A stretch of 64,000 bases of DNA, taken from positions 18,219,938 through 18,283,937 of the forward strand of contig NC_069001.1 in NCBI RefSeq assembly GCF_001194135.2. Reading direction: 5' to 3'. Of the stretch, positions 25,007 to 37,704 are shown piece by piece (position 1 is the first letter of the stretch; each line of letters starts with the position of its first letter). Under the pieces are notes generated by a model, which worked only from the letters and a program-made list of their open reading frames with translations, was not told where the DNA came from and ran no database searches. A program made the position numbers and the translations under genes. This DNA is from Octopus bimaculoides. Its lineage: Eukaryota.

Positions 25007-26220
25007 TGTGGATGGATGGGTGGATATATCGATGGATGGATATATAGACAGACAGACAGATAGATAGATAGGTAGATAAACTTATTTTTCGCTATACTCT
25101 GATCGAAATTTGAACTTGGAAACGTTTAAATCATAAGAATGAATTATAGTTTAGAATAGTGAAACTAATGGTGAAAATGTAAGCGCCAAGGCGGTCGCTC
25201 GACATGCTAGAAATAGCAGTTGAAATTTCCTTCGAATTAGACCCCCAATGTCATACAAAGATGTATGGGATGATGTAGTCCTAGCCATGCACTTAAATCA
25301 ACGACGTAGTCACGGTTGGAATGGTCTTTGATTGAGGTCTGTTCGATCAAGGCTGATCGAAGTGAGGGGTTTGGCTAAACAATCAGAGCGGCGACATCAA
25401 AGAATGCGTGGAGGAGGTTGTCTTTCGCGCGGGGTCTGCATGTGTATAAATATACACGTACACGTATCTTTTACTTGTTTCAATCATTAGACTGCGGCCA
25501 TTGTTACAAACACACACATGTATATATATTAAATGGGAAGGCCGGTTTATGGGATTACCTTGGGTTTCCTGTCCATAAAGGGTTTAGCTTTATGATGTGT
25601 GTGCGTGTGTATATAATAGAGGGTACACGAAGCACCAGCTTGCTGGCATACATACACACATACATGTATACATGGATGCCTATATCTATCCATATATGTA
25701 TACACATACATTAACATAGTGGAGGTTTCTGACTGAGCACATGCATATATTCGCATGAAATACATACGCACTTACACAGACCATAATGAAGCATACACAT
25801 ACTTGTGTGTTAAAGTGACATAAACACTCATTACAATAGTGCAATTTTATCCACAAACACACACATATACTCTTAACCAATTCAAATATCTACAACCACT
25901 AAGAGCTGTTTTGACTTCAGCGACGGCCTCGCTACTTTGTAGTGACCAGCTTAAATTCTACAAAGGAAAACGACAAAACTTAATTAATCTCAAAGAACTA
26001 CACACACATTCATTCATTCATTCATTCATTCAATCATTCAATCATTTAGCGCGCCTCAGAGAGAAAACTTAGATTTTCTTACCTGAATAAATTTTACACG
26101 ACTACAACAGCGGCAGACAACATGTACATATAATGTGTATCTTTTAACGTTTACTTGTTTCAGTTAATAGACTGCGGCCATACTGGGGCACCGCCTTGAA
26201 GAAATGTGTATGTATATGTA

Positions 26221-26282
<62 letters not shown>

Positions 26283-26993
26283 CGTGTGTGTGTATTCTAA
26301 ATTTTAAAAATTATATCCATTAAAAGGTTTAAATCTTTTTTATTTTTCTTTCGTTATTTTTTGTTTCTATATTTGCGGATAAGTAGGGAAAAGCTCCCAA
26401 TAATAGTAGCAGGAATGGTGCCGGTCTGAGAGACAGGCTTCACCTGAAAAATGTCTCACAGCAGCAGCAGAAGCCGAACTGGCACCGAGCACTTGCCTAA
26501 TTAACATTATTCAAATTAGGATTGAATATATTAACAGAGTACGTGGTGAGCAGAGAAAAAACTCTTAACGAGTAACTTAATGTATGTTGTAGGATTGCAT
26601 AAATACATATACACACACGGGCGTGTATGTGTGTGTATGTATACGTGTGTGTGTGTGTGTGCATACACATAAATCCAGATACACACACAAGGTGGCCGGT
26701 GTTATAGTTTGGTTTTTGGACGTGTTGGCTAAAACAAGCACAACAAACAAATACACAATTTTGCATACATATGAAGACTTACACACACACAGAACGATAC
26801 ATATATCTATATATACATATACATACACACACACGCATATATATATATATAAATATTATTATGATTATTATTATTATTATTATTATTATTAAGTAACCAG
26901 AAGATGGATTTGATATTAATCTTTATTTAGTGCTAAATACTTCAACACACTAATCGACATATCCCATTAGTCCAAAATATTACACACACACAC

Positions 26994-27050
<57 letters not shown>

Positions 27051-27794
27051 GTATGTATGTATATATATACATACACATACACACACACACATGCACATAC
27101 ATATACATGTACAAACACAAACACACTACATAAAAATTGACAGTAAAAAAGTGGTGTAAAAAGTTAAGAGCAAACAGATGCTTAAGTAATTTTATAAAGT
27201 TGAAAGCGGTGAGCTGGAAGAATCGCTACCGCGCAGGAAGATAATGCTTTTATGACATTTCTTCTGACTTTTAGTTCTAAGTTCAAATGCCACCGGAGTT
27301 GACTTTGCTTTTCATCCTTTCAGGGTTGATAGAATAGGTACCAGTTGAATGGTGGAGTCAGTGTAATTAGCTTAACCCTTCCTGAAATTGGTGGCCTTGT
27401 GCCATCAATATTTTTATACATTTGTATCTGGTCCTCTGACGCAGGTATGAATCTAGTCAACAAGGGAAACCTTAGGAAGATGCTCAAATTACTAGAAATA
27501 GCAATCAAATTTCCTCACCAGACAACACTACTGTCTTACAAAAGGGAAGGCTATATTAAATAATTTACATTTAGAATACTGTTTGAATCAAATATGGGAT
27601 GGTCATGGGTGGAACACCTTTGGTCATAGATCTGCACAGTCAGGATTGACCCGAGGATAAACAACATACACTGACAGACAGATAGAAGACAGATATAGAT
27701 AGATAGATAGATAGATAGAAAGGCAGATATATAGATAGATAAATAGATAGATAGATAGATAGGTAGATAAATAGATAGATAAATAGGTAGATAA

Positions 27795-27837
<43 letters not shown>

Positions 27838-28560
27838 TGCTGATATATAAATGTGTGAGTGGAGGCAAATATATACCTCTGAAGATGTGGATGCATTCAA
27901 CACCCATGAAACTTTAAATAATGTGGTACTGATTCAACTTAACAACTCTGACTAAATGTGTTTGTTCCCCCACTCATGCATGTGTGTTTGTATATCTGTC
28001 CTTAATCCACTTCATTCTTTTTAATTCCTCACACCCTATATTTTCATAAATTACTTCATTAATTTTCTAGTATAAGCTTTACAAACATAATTTCCTTATG
28101 CTAAACTTTCTTCATCTGTTTATGATTTTTTATAAAAATACCAATTATTGTTTTTAATGGTTAGATTTAATTTACACTTCTGCTTAGAAGCTACTCTGCT
28201 CAGTAGCTTCTAAGCTGAAGTGAAAACAGCATGGACTTTGTCTTCTTACCCTCTTAGAGGTTCTAAGTAAAATGACAGAAATGTGTTTGACTGTTTAGAT
28301 TAATTCTATTCATTTGTTTATGCAGCTGAGGATAGCTCTGCATTTAAATTGATGTAATGATTGCATTGTTCAATTAAATGGAGCTGCTTCAAATGGTCGT
28401 ACTGCATGACCTCTAGATATCCTGTTGCTTATTTTAATTTTATTCACTTTATTTTGAAATCGTAAGGATAATACCGCACTAATTTTTGATGCCTTAACTT
28501 AAGTACCAAATTCATCTGAATCTCATTTATTTTGCTATATATATATATATATATATATAG

Positions 28561-28855
28561 TGAAGGCACATGGTCTAGTGGTTAGGATGATGCACTTGTG
28601 AATTGCAAGATTTTGGTTTCAGTTTCTGGATTTGGGTGGTGCTTTGTGTTCGTGAGCAAACTACTTCATCTCATGTTGGCCTGCAATTACTTTGACACCT
28701 GATGTGGTGTACATCTGTTTAGGCAATGTGAGTTTCATAGAGGGAGTAAGCTAATGTACAGAACAAACATTTGATCACAATAAACAAGTCATTTGTCCAG
28801 GTTATTCAGCAAGAAATTGCAGAATCATCTTTGGCAGACAAGTGACCACCGTCAT
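28561..28855 (+). mobile_element. tRNA-headed SINE related to family D
   Basis: gtgaaggcacatggtctagtggttagg head, same start as the reverse copy at 8558. Confidence 0.55.
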
Positions 28856-28859
28856 CATA

Positions 28860-28904
<45 letters not shown>

Positions 28905-28914
<10 letters not shown>

Positions 28915-29045
28915 GAGAATATACGAAAAAACAACAACAGACGAGGACAGGTGGTGTAAATAACAAAAGGATGTATTAGTATGACGCTCGGGAATACGGA
29001 AAGTCTTTGACGTTTCGAGCTACGCTCTTCAACAGAAAGGATTAA
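28905..29045 (-). repeat. Dispersed repeat carrying a hammerhead-like motif (probably derived from a Penelope-like element terminus)
   Basis: Minus 29039-29005 reads CTTT CTGTTGA a GAGC-gta-GCTC GAAAC GTC AAAG. A homologous copy lies at 42090-42190. Confidence 0.55.
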
Positions 29046-29637
29046 GAGGAAAAAAATGGACAGAGGAAAAAATGTGTAGGGATTAATGGTTCAACATGAT
29101 GAAAATCCATTTTTCATGTTGGCATGGTTTAGATAGCTTGACAGGAATTGGTAATTCCAGATTCCATGGTCTGTTTTGGCTTGGTTTCTATGGCTGGATG
29201 CCCTTCCTAATACCAACATACATATATAAAGATATACATATGCATATATACACACATATATGTATATGTATGCTTGATGGACTCATGCTAGTTTTGATGT
29301 TTGAGCAACCCTGAATTAGAATTAGAATGTTTGAGTAGCCCTGAATTAGAATTTAAGTGGTTGAGTATTTCACAAACTCTTGAACCCTAAACATAAGCCT
29401 TATGTTCAATCAGTGTGACACACAGCATGTAACAAGGTTAGATCTTTTGAAGTTCAAGTACAGTCCATCTAGTAGGTTTCCATTCAGTTTCCATCAACCT
29501 TATTTTGCTCATAAGGTTAGGGTAGACCAAAAGATCTAGTAAAAACATTTGTCCATAATGCCACACATTGGGGTCGAACCTGGGATCTTGTGATTGTGTA
29601 CACACATACATGCATGTACACACACACACACACACAC

Positions 29638-30432
29638 TAACTTGTATAAGAGAGAACGGGAGAAATCCCAACAATGGCTGAGAAGCTTGGGACTCAAAGC
29701 AGAGACTGAAAGATTTTTAATTGCAGCACAAGACCACCAGAAATTACTAAAAACATGTAATGAAACAAAATACAAGTAACTGCAGAATATGTGGAGATGG
29801 AGAAGAAACAATAAATCATATTGTCTCTGGCTGCCCAGTCCTGGCTAAGAAGGAATATATTCAGACACAACAGAATTGGGACCTATATACACTGGAAACT
29901 ATGCCAACACTATGGAATAACAACAGAAAAAAGATGGGAAAAGTACACACCAGAAAAGGTCACAGAAAATGAGAAAGCAACTGTATCCTGGGATATGCCG
30001 TTACACACAGATAGAGAAATTAAGGCCAATAGAACAGATGTAGTTGTCAGAGGTAACCTAGAAAAAAAAATTTCTAATTTATGTATCAATACCAACAGAT
30101 GACAATGTTTCTCTAAAAGAAATGGAGAAACTTTCAAAATGCAAAGATCTGGAAATGGAGATAACTTGAATGTGGAGACTAAAAACAGAAATAATTCCTA
30201 CCATAGTAGGTGTATTAGGTATGATAAAAAAATATTCAGATAAATATATAACAAAAACACCAGGGCTAACAAGTATATATAACATACAGAAAATAGCACA
30301 CACATCTTACGTAAAACACTTTCAATACAGTAAAAATAAGAGCATCACAACAAACCACAGCACATATCCAGGGCACACAGAGCTGCACTGAGTGGTGCAG
30401 TGAAAGCATATGATAAAAATAAGACTACTGAA
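29638..30432 (+). pseudogene. 5'-truncated R4/Dong-clade non-LTR retrotransposon (CCHC finger + restriction-like endonuclease) ending at (AAT)n
   Basis: WLRSLGLKAETERFLIAAQD, CRICGDGEETINHIVSGC, RHNRIGTYIHWKLC, WDMPLHTDREIKANRTDVVV, IIPTIVGVLG. (AAT)n lies at 30431-30460. Confidence 0.85.
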
Positions 30433-30699
30433 TAATAATAATAATAATAACAACAATAATATAGTAGACAGTTTTGAAAGTAATGAACTAATCAATCAAT
30501 CATGTAATTAATGTAATCAATCAATAAAACAATCAGTTCTTGTTTGTTGCCAATAGAAACAACTCTGTTGTCCCAATTTTAGATTGACATGAGATTGATT
30601 ATATTCATATAATGTGAGAGTTGTAAAAGTATATTAATATATTTTACATAGTACAAGCATAACCAGATACAGAACTCAATACACACACACACATATATG

Positions 30700-31125
30700 T
30701 GGGCCATGCCAGTTCTACCTGACTGGCTCCCATGCTGGTGGCACTCAATAAACACCGTGAATGTGTGGATTGTTGCTAGTGCCGCCTGACTGGCTCCCCA
30801 TGCTAGTAGCATATAAAAAGCACCATCTGAACATGGTCGATACCAGCCTTCCTGCCCTGACTGGCTCTTGTGCCGGTAGCATGTCAAAAGCACCATCTGG
30901 ACATGGCTGACACCAGTGCCGCCTGACTAGCTCTTATGCCAGTGGCACATAAAAAGCACCTACTACACTTTCAGAGTGGTTGGTGTTAGGAAGGGCATCC
31001 AGCTGTAGCAACACTGCCAGATCAGATTGGAGCCTGGTGCAGCCTCCTGGCTTGCCAGTTCCCAGTCAAACCGTCCAACCCATGCCAGCATGGAAAACAG
31101 ACATTAAACGATGATAATGACGATG
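30700..31125 (+). mobile_element. RTE-type 3' UTR with ~65-bp tandem subrepeats and (GAT)n-like tail
   Basis: Repeated gcctgactggctc...gtggca..taaaaagcacc units followed by the reverse complement of the 6864-7055 tail. Confidence 0.65.
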
Positions 31126-31580
31126 ACGTTTTGCCTCGCTAAATTTTTCTTTGAGAACAATTCAGTCTTAATAGACACATTACATGTGATCTTCTTCTAG
31201 CACATTAGCAGTCCACTTAGTGGTCTCTTTTATATATATATATATATATATATANNNNNNNNNNNNNNNNNNNNNNNNNNNNNNNNNNNNNNNNNNNNNN
31301 NNNNNNNNNNNNNNNNNNNNNNNNNNNNNNNNNNNNNNNNNNNNNNNNNNNNNNNNNNNNNNNNNNNNNNNNNNNNNNNNNNNNNNNNNNNNNNNNNNNN
31401 NNNNNNNNNNNNNNNNNNNNNNNNNNNNNNNNNNNNNNNNNNNNNNNNNNNNNNNNNNNNNNNNNNNNNNNNNNNNNNNNNNNNNNNNNNNNNNNNNNNN
31501 NNNNNNNNNNNNNNNNNNNNNNNNNNNNNNNNATACACATACATACATATATATATATATATATGCATACCTATATATAT

Positions 31581-32587
31581 CATCATCATCATCATTGTTT
31601 AACGTCCGCTTTCCATGCTAGCATGGGTTGGATAATTTAACTGAGGACTGGCGAACCAGATGGCTGCACCAGGCTCCAATCTGATTTGGCAGAGTTTCTA
31701 CAGCAGGAAGCCCTTCCTAACGCCAACCACTCTGAGAGTGTAGTCTCGGTCACTAGTCATTGCCTTGGTGAGGCCTAATGTTTGAAGGTCATACTTTACC
31801 ACCTCATCCCAGGTCTTCCTGGGCCTACCTCTTCCACAGGTTCCCTCAACTGCTAGGGTGTGGCAATTTTTCACACAGCTATCCACATCTATTCTCGCCA
31901 CATGACCATACCAGTGCAGGCGTCTCTCTTGCACACCACATCTGATGCTTCTTAGGTCCAACTTTTCTCTCAAGGTACTTACACTCTGTCGAGTATGCAC
32001 ACTGACATTACACATCCATCAGAGCATACTGGCTTCATTCCTTGCAAGCTTACACATGTTCTCAGCAGTCACGGCCCATGTAGCATGGCTGTTCATACAC
32101 ATGCGTCATACAGTTTGCCTTTTACTCTGAGCGACAGGCCCTTTGTCATCATCAGAGGTAAGAGCTCTCTGAACTTTGCCCAGGCTATTCTTATTCTAGC
32201 AGCTACACTTTCAGAGCACCCTCTCCTGCTACTGACTCGGTCACCTAGATCAGGGGTTTTCAAACTGTGGTCCGTTGACCACAGGGGGTCTGCAGGGACA
32301 AGACAGGGAGTCCGTGGACAGCAAATACTTTTTATGGGCAATTTGATTTTATATATGTTTTTTAATCGAAATCTTTTAATTGACAATAAACCTATTTGTT
32401 AAATACTGTTAAATAAATAAATGTAAAAATATGTTATTTTAAGCAAATATTTATGTATAAATTTCATAAGCGTTTATAAAGGGGTCCGCAAGTCAAAAAG
32501 GTTGAAAACCCCTGACCTAGATAACGGAAGCTACCAACTACTTCTAGTTTTTCTCCTTGGAATGTGACAAAAGCTGTTCTCTGCACA
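31581..32587 (-). pseudogene. RTE-clade LINE 3' portion (RT C-terminus and tail), cut by a gap and split by a hAT MITE
   Basis: FQGEKLEVVGSFRYLG|DRVSSRRGCSESVAARIRIAWAKFRELLPLM..KGLSLRVKGKLYDACV and ERRLHWYGHVARID...GRGRPRKTWDEVVK. Confidence 0.9.
32251..32514. mobile_element. hAT-superfamily MITE, 264 bp, with 8-bp TSD
   Basis: TIRs caggggttttcaaac / gttgaaaacccctg. Exact TSD acctagat at 32243-32250 and 32515-32522. Confidence 0.92.
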
Positions 32588-32769
32588 NNNNNNNNNNNNN
32601 NNNNNNNNNNNNNNNNNNNNNNNNNNNNNNNNNNNNNNNNNNNNNNNNNNNNNNNNNNNNNNNNNNNNNNNNNNNNNNNNNNNNNNNCTAATTTTGGGAC
32701 TGCCATGTTGGCTTGGCGATAACTATTAATATATAAACATAATATATACAATATAGATTGTAACTCCAA

Positions 32770-33390
32770 GGTTTATATGAGCACAGAGATTACAGACACA
32801 AAGCCTGTTAATGCTGAGGTGAATTTGAATGATACTACAGTTGAAGAAAGTATAAATTATAACAGAAATAAAAATAACACATATGATAGTATTAATAATA
32901 ATAGTGATAATAATGATAAAGATAGGAATATCAATAATATTTATAGTAGTAATTCTCCTGGTTGCAATTGTAGAGTTAAATCCCACTGTCTGTTATTAGG
33001 CCAATGTCTAATCCAAAATGTAATTTATAAATGTACAATCATAACTGAGGCTGGTAACTTTATATATATAGGATGTTCGATAAATATGAAAAAACTTATC
33101 AATAACCATTTTTCATCTTTTAGACTGAAACAAAACCAATTGTACATCCTTATCTAGCAAGAGTTAGGAACTGAAGGAAAGTGGAATTGAATTTAGCCTT
33201 AAATAGGATATAATATAGAAAGTGCAGCCTTATAGAGATAGTCGATATGGGTGTGAGCTGTGCTCTATGGAAACTTATGAGATTTTTAAGTATGGGAACA
33301 AGAACAACCTGATTAATAATAGAGTAGACCTAAGGGTATCATGTGTGCATAGTGCCATCCGTACTTTTAAGTATTTTCAAAATTGATGTT
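32770..33390 (+). pseudogene. Penelope-like element 3' end: GIY-YIG endonuclease
   Basis: CNCRVKSHCLLLGQCLIQNVIYKC...FIYIGCS..MKKLINNHFSSF, then, after frameshifts, ..CELCSMETYEIF..NLINNRVDLRVSCVH. Confidence 0.8.
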
Positions 33391-33949
33391 TATAGGTGCC
33401 ATACTCGAACTTTGATGGTGGAAATTAATTTTGGTGTCATATCTGTTGTAAACTTACACTCTAGTATTATATATAATAAAATCATGGGATATTGAGTTAT
33501 ATGGTGAATTAAATTGCATTGCATATGGTATAAGCTATATGTTATGGTATGTGGTATGCTATATGTAATTACTATCCCATGAAAACTCCTGCCTAGTTAG
33601 TCTGACTTCATCATGTTTTTGGTGATTAAACTATTCGTTCCTTTCTATGATGTTCTACCCTACTGATCATATTATGTATATTTGTAATGGCTTTTATGTA
33701 AGTCTCCTTAATTATATACCTCCTAGAAACTATAGAATCATATATGTAATAGTACCTGTGACATTGCAACTTACAAAATCTCTTCGGTTGGAATTCTCCA
33801 ACTGCCCTCACTACTCCCATACCTATTACCTCCTCTTTTAGGGTTACCTTTATCTCTTCCTTACCTCAAATTTTAATACCCTGTCTCTTTAAATGTAAGT
33901 TATATATATGGCACCTTGTGAGTGGATTTGGTAGACAGAAACTGAAAGA

Positions 33950-34204
33950 AGCCGAGCTGGCAGAAACGTTAGCATGCTGAGCTAGAAAGTTACAAGCCGA
34001 GCTGGCAGAAACGTTGGCACACCGGGCGAAATGCTTAGCGGTATTTCGTCTGCTGCTACGTTCTGAGTTCAAATTCCTCCGAGGCTGACTTTACCTTTCA
34101 TCCTTTTGGGGTCAATTAAATAAGTACCAGTCACTCACTGGGGTCAATAAAATCAGTTTCTCTGTCCCCCCTGTGTGTAGCCCCTTGTGGGCAGTAAAGA
34201 AATA
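33950..34204 (+). mobile_element. SINE family A with duplicated 5' head
   Basis: gccgagctggcagaaacgtt occurs twice (33951 and ~33997) before the body. Confidence 0.75.
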
Positions 34205-35075
34205 AGAAACTCAAAGAAGCCCATCATATTCTTTTATGCTTTTATTCTTTTACCTGTTTCAGTCATGTAACTGTGGCCATGCTAGAGCACTGCCTTTAGT
34301 CAAACAAATTGACTCCAGGACTTATTCTTTGTAAGCCTAGTACTTATTCAATTGGTCTCTTCCACCAAACCGCTAAGTTACACCAGCATTGGTTGTCAAG
34401 TGATGGTGGTGGGGAGTCAGAGAGACACACACATATATACACGACAGGCTTCTTTCAGTTTCCGTCTACCAAATCCACTCACAAGGCGTTGGTTGGCCTA
34501 AGGCTATAGTAGAAGTCACTTGCTCAAGGTACCATGCAGTGGGACTGAACCTAGAACCATGTGGTTGGGAAGCAAGCTTCTTACCACACTCCTGTGCCTA
34601 TATATATGTATATATATATATATATCTGTGTGTGTGTGTGTGATCTCTTTGAAGGGAAGACTTTGAACATGGCCTTTTACAGGGTCCACCAGAAATCTGG
34701 CCCAAATGCTTGCAACAGAGGAAAAACCACGAAGGTCCACAATGATCAATGGTTTCAGAATAAGACGACCCATCCTGGGTATGGCACAACAGAATTTGAA
34801 CTTGGAACATAAAGAGTTGGAGCAAATACCACAAGGCACAAGATCTGACGTAATTATCCTGTCAGTTCACCCATACTCTGGTCTCGTACTTTAGTTTTAT
34901 TGACCTCGGATGGAAAGACGAGGTTGACCTCGGTGGGATTTGAATACAGAACATAAGGTGCCGGGATTAAACAACACAAAGTATTTTGTCAGAGGCTTTG
35001 ATATTAAAGAAATTCTTGGCCCCCAATTACGACGTACTCTCCGTATTCCCCTCTCATAGATCCTGTTGCCAACAC

Positions 35076-35119
<44 letters not shown>

Positions 35120-35353
35120 ACACACACACACGTTTATATAACAAAATATTTAGTAAATATATGATGATCTGTCTCTGAAAATAAATTAATTATACACCAG
35201 GGTAGCTTTCGTTTTTTTTTGTTTTTTTTTCATTCATAGTCTACTTTGATATCAAGAGAAGTTAAATGGAGTATCAACAGTTAACTTTTTCTTTTTTTTT
35301 CTTCTGCATATTAAAAACAAGGGTTCCCCAACCTAGAATTCCGGCACATGTGA

Positions 35354-35393
<40 letters not shown>

Positions 35394-37663
35394 TATCATT
35401 TTTAAATTTCGGCAATATTTCCTAAAGGCGAAACATTGCCTAAATTACTTTTCAGAACGAAATCATTAGCTTTGTTTTAAAAATAGCCGGTTTATTCAGC
35501 CCATCAAGAACTTTAATTCCACAATACTGATTGTCGTTCAAATTAAATAAATTAGTAATTAAGAAAATTGTGGTAATTTCTTTTGTAGGAGGAAGTCGAA
35601 AATTAATCAAATGTTTCTTAGAGGTGGTACGGGGCACAGAAAAGGTTAGGAACCATTACATTAAATAATAAAATTTATAAAAGATCGTATAATATATACA
35701 TTACATATACTATATTATATATACTTACGGAAGAAGTGATTTTTTTTATAGTTTGAAATACAGGTCCACCTGAGTGACCAGGTAATAAAAATAGTCTGGT
35801 AATTGCAGAAACAACAGAACGGAATCAAATCCTTAGGGGTAGACAAGAACAAGCAAACCGCAAAGGATATCCTGTTATTTCGTTAAAACTTTCTTTTAAA
35901 AGTGGTCCTCGAAAAGGTTTCTTTCTTTGAAGTTGTTTTTTTTTTGTTTTATCTTTTAATTTCTTTTTTCTTTTTTTTTAAGAAACGAAAAATGAAACGA
36001 AAAAGAATTTCTTTTTTCTGAGTATTTGTTAATATTAGATCGTGATTAATGTGACCGCCTTGATATAAAAGTTTTATCTTGTTTCAAAAAGAGCACATCC
36101 ATGGATATAGCAATAACTGTATGTATAAATTTATGTGTATATATATTTGTGTATGTATATATATATATACCATACATGTAGGCTGGCAATGTTAGCTTTA
36201 AAATTGAGCAACAAATTAGTTCTAACACCGACCTTCAAGTAAAGAACAATGTTTGTATATGAAGATTAAAGAAGGCCTCTCTGTCCGACCACAAAAAACG
36301 CCGAGCAAATAAACAACACACCTGTTGCGTTAGCTTTGACTGTTCCCTGAAGGTCTGGATGTTTTCATGTACCAACTTTTTCAGTTTCACTCAACACAGC
36401 GATAAATCGTTGTCTTTGGGTGGGTGTATATATGTTTGTATGGTTTTTCTTTTTACAGTTTTTTATATATTTTATCCCTTATTTTCCCCCCTTTCCTCTC
36501 GTTGTGTTGATAAAAACCAAGATATCTTAATCAGTAAACACACACACTGACTTAATCTTATTCAAAAAGAAGGATTAAGACGAACTTTGCCCTGCAAACA
36601 TACACGATCTTAACAAAAGGAATTATGTAAGATTAATTATAAGGTTTTTTTTCCTAGGCCAGACGAGATGAGTTAGAGTAAGTCTTTAGGTTGAAAATGA
36701 ATCTAACTTCACGTTTTCCCTCCTTAACACCAACTTTCAATTAATTGTCTGTTTGTCATAGTTTGTCCTCCTTGTCTGTCGTGTTTTGTTTTTAAATAAT
36801 GAAATCATCAACTTCATTTGATAATGAGATCAGGTGTGCATGTAATTATATATATATGTATGCGTGTGTATGTGTGTAATTACGCACACATACACACAGG
36901 GCGTGGGTGCGGGTGAGATCGTATAATTAATGATTTTAATTATATGGATGGACAGTTGGGAAAATATGGTGATAGCTGGTACCTGTAATTATAGCAATTG
37001 TAGGAGATGGTTTGGAATGGGAAGGTAGACAGTACAGTATATAGGTATGTGTGTATATGTCTTAATATGTGTGTATGTAGAAAATATAAGCCGTATATAA
37101 AGATACTATGAGAGAGAGGGGGTGAGTATGATTATATGTATACATATGAGAAAGTGAGTGTGAGTATATATAGAGATGTGAATTTGGAGATGTGCTTGAT
37201 TTGCCCAAGTGTTTCAGCTTGTTCATATGTTTTTGTAAGAATCAAACTAAGCCAAAATTATTATCATTAAATATTATAATAATAGTAATAATAATGATGA
37301 TAATATCAGTTATTATAACTATTATATTACTTTTTGCATATACCGTCCTAAACCAAGAAACTTCAATATTTTATTAGGATTAAAAAACAAAACGTATAAA
37401 ATTAGTACTGGTGTTAATAAAGATATTCAAAATTTAGAGTTTTTAAACACACACACTATAACAAAGTATGTACAATGAGGCTTTTAAGTGGAATTGAAAA
37501 GTCTCACCTGGTCAAACTTAGCCTTGTATACTGCTGACATTTCTGCCTCAAACTCTTAGCTGTCAATGAAGGAGACAGACACGCACTCACGCCACACAGA
37601 TCCAACACAGCCAGTTTATAGCAAATGCATTCCTTCCACAGATATATACATACATACATAAAG

Positions 37664-37704
<41 letters not shown>

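Noticed and set aside
27551-27907. LSIY/YIYI/CVCV-type repetitive ORFs throughout the window
   Set aside because: They are translations of (GATA)n, (TA)n and (CA)n microsatellites.
29297-29360. 30-bp direct repeats suggestive of a CRISPR array
   Set aside because: Only two adjacent units plus a partial one, no unique spacers, no cas genes, and a eukaryotic context.
35318-35659. TAAT-rich stretch resembling a homeodomain enhancer
   Set aside because: The ends resemble degenerate hAT TIRs (ggttccccaacct / aggttaggaacc), and TAAT is expected by chance at this AT content.
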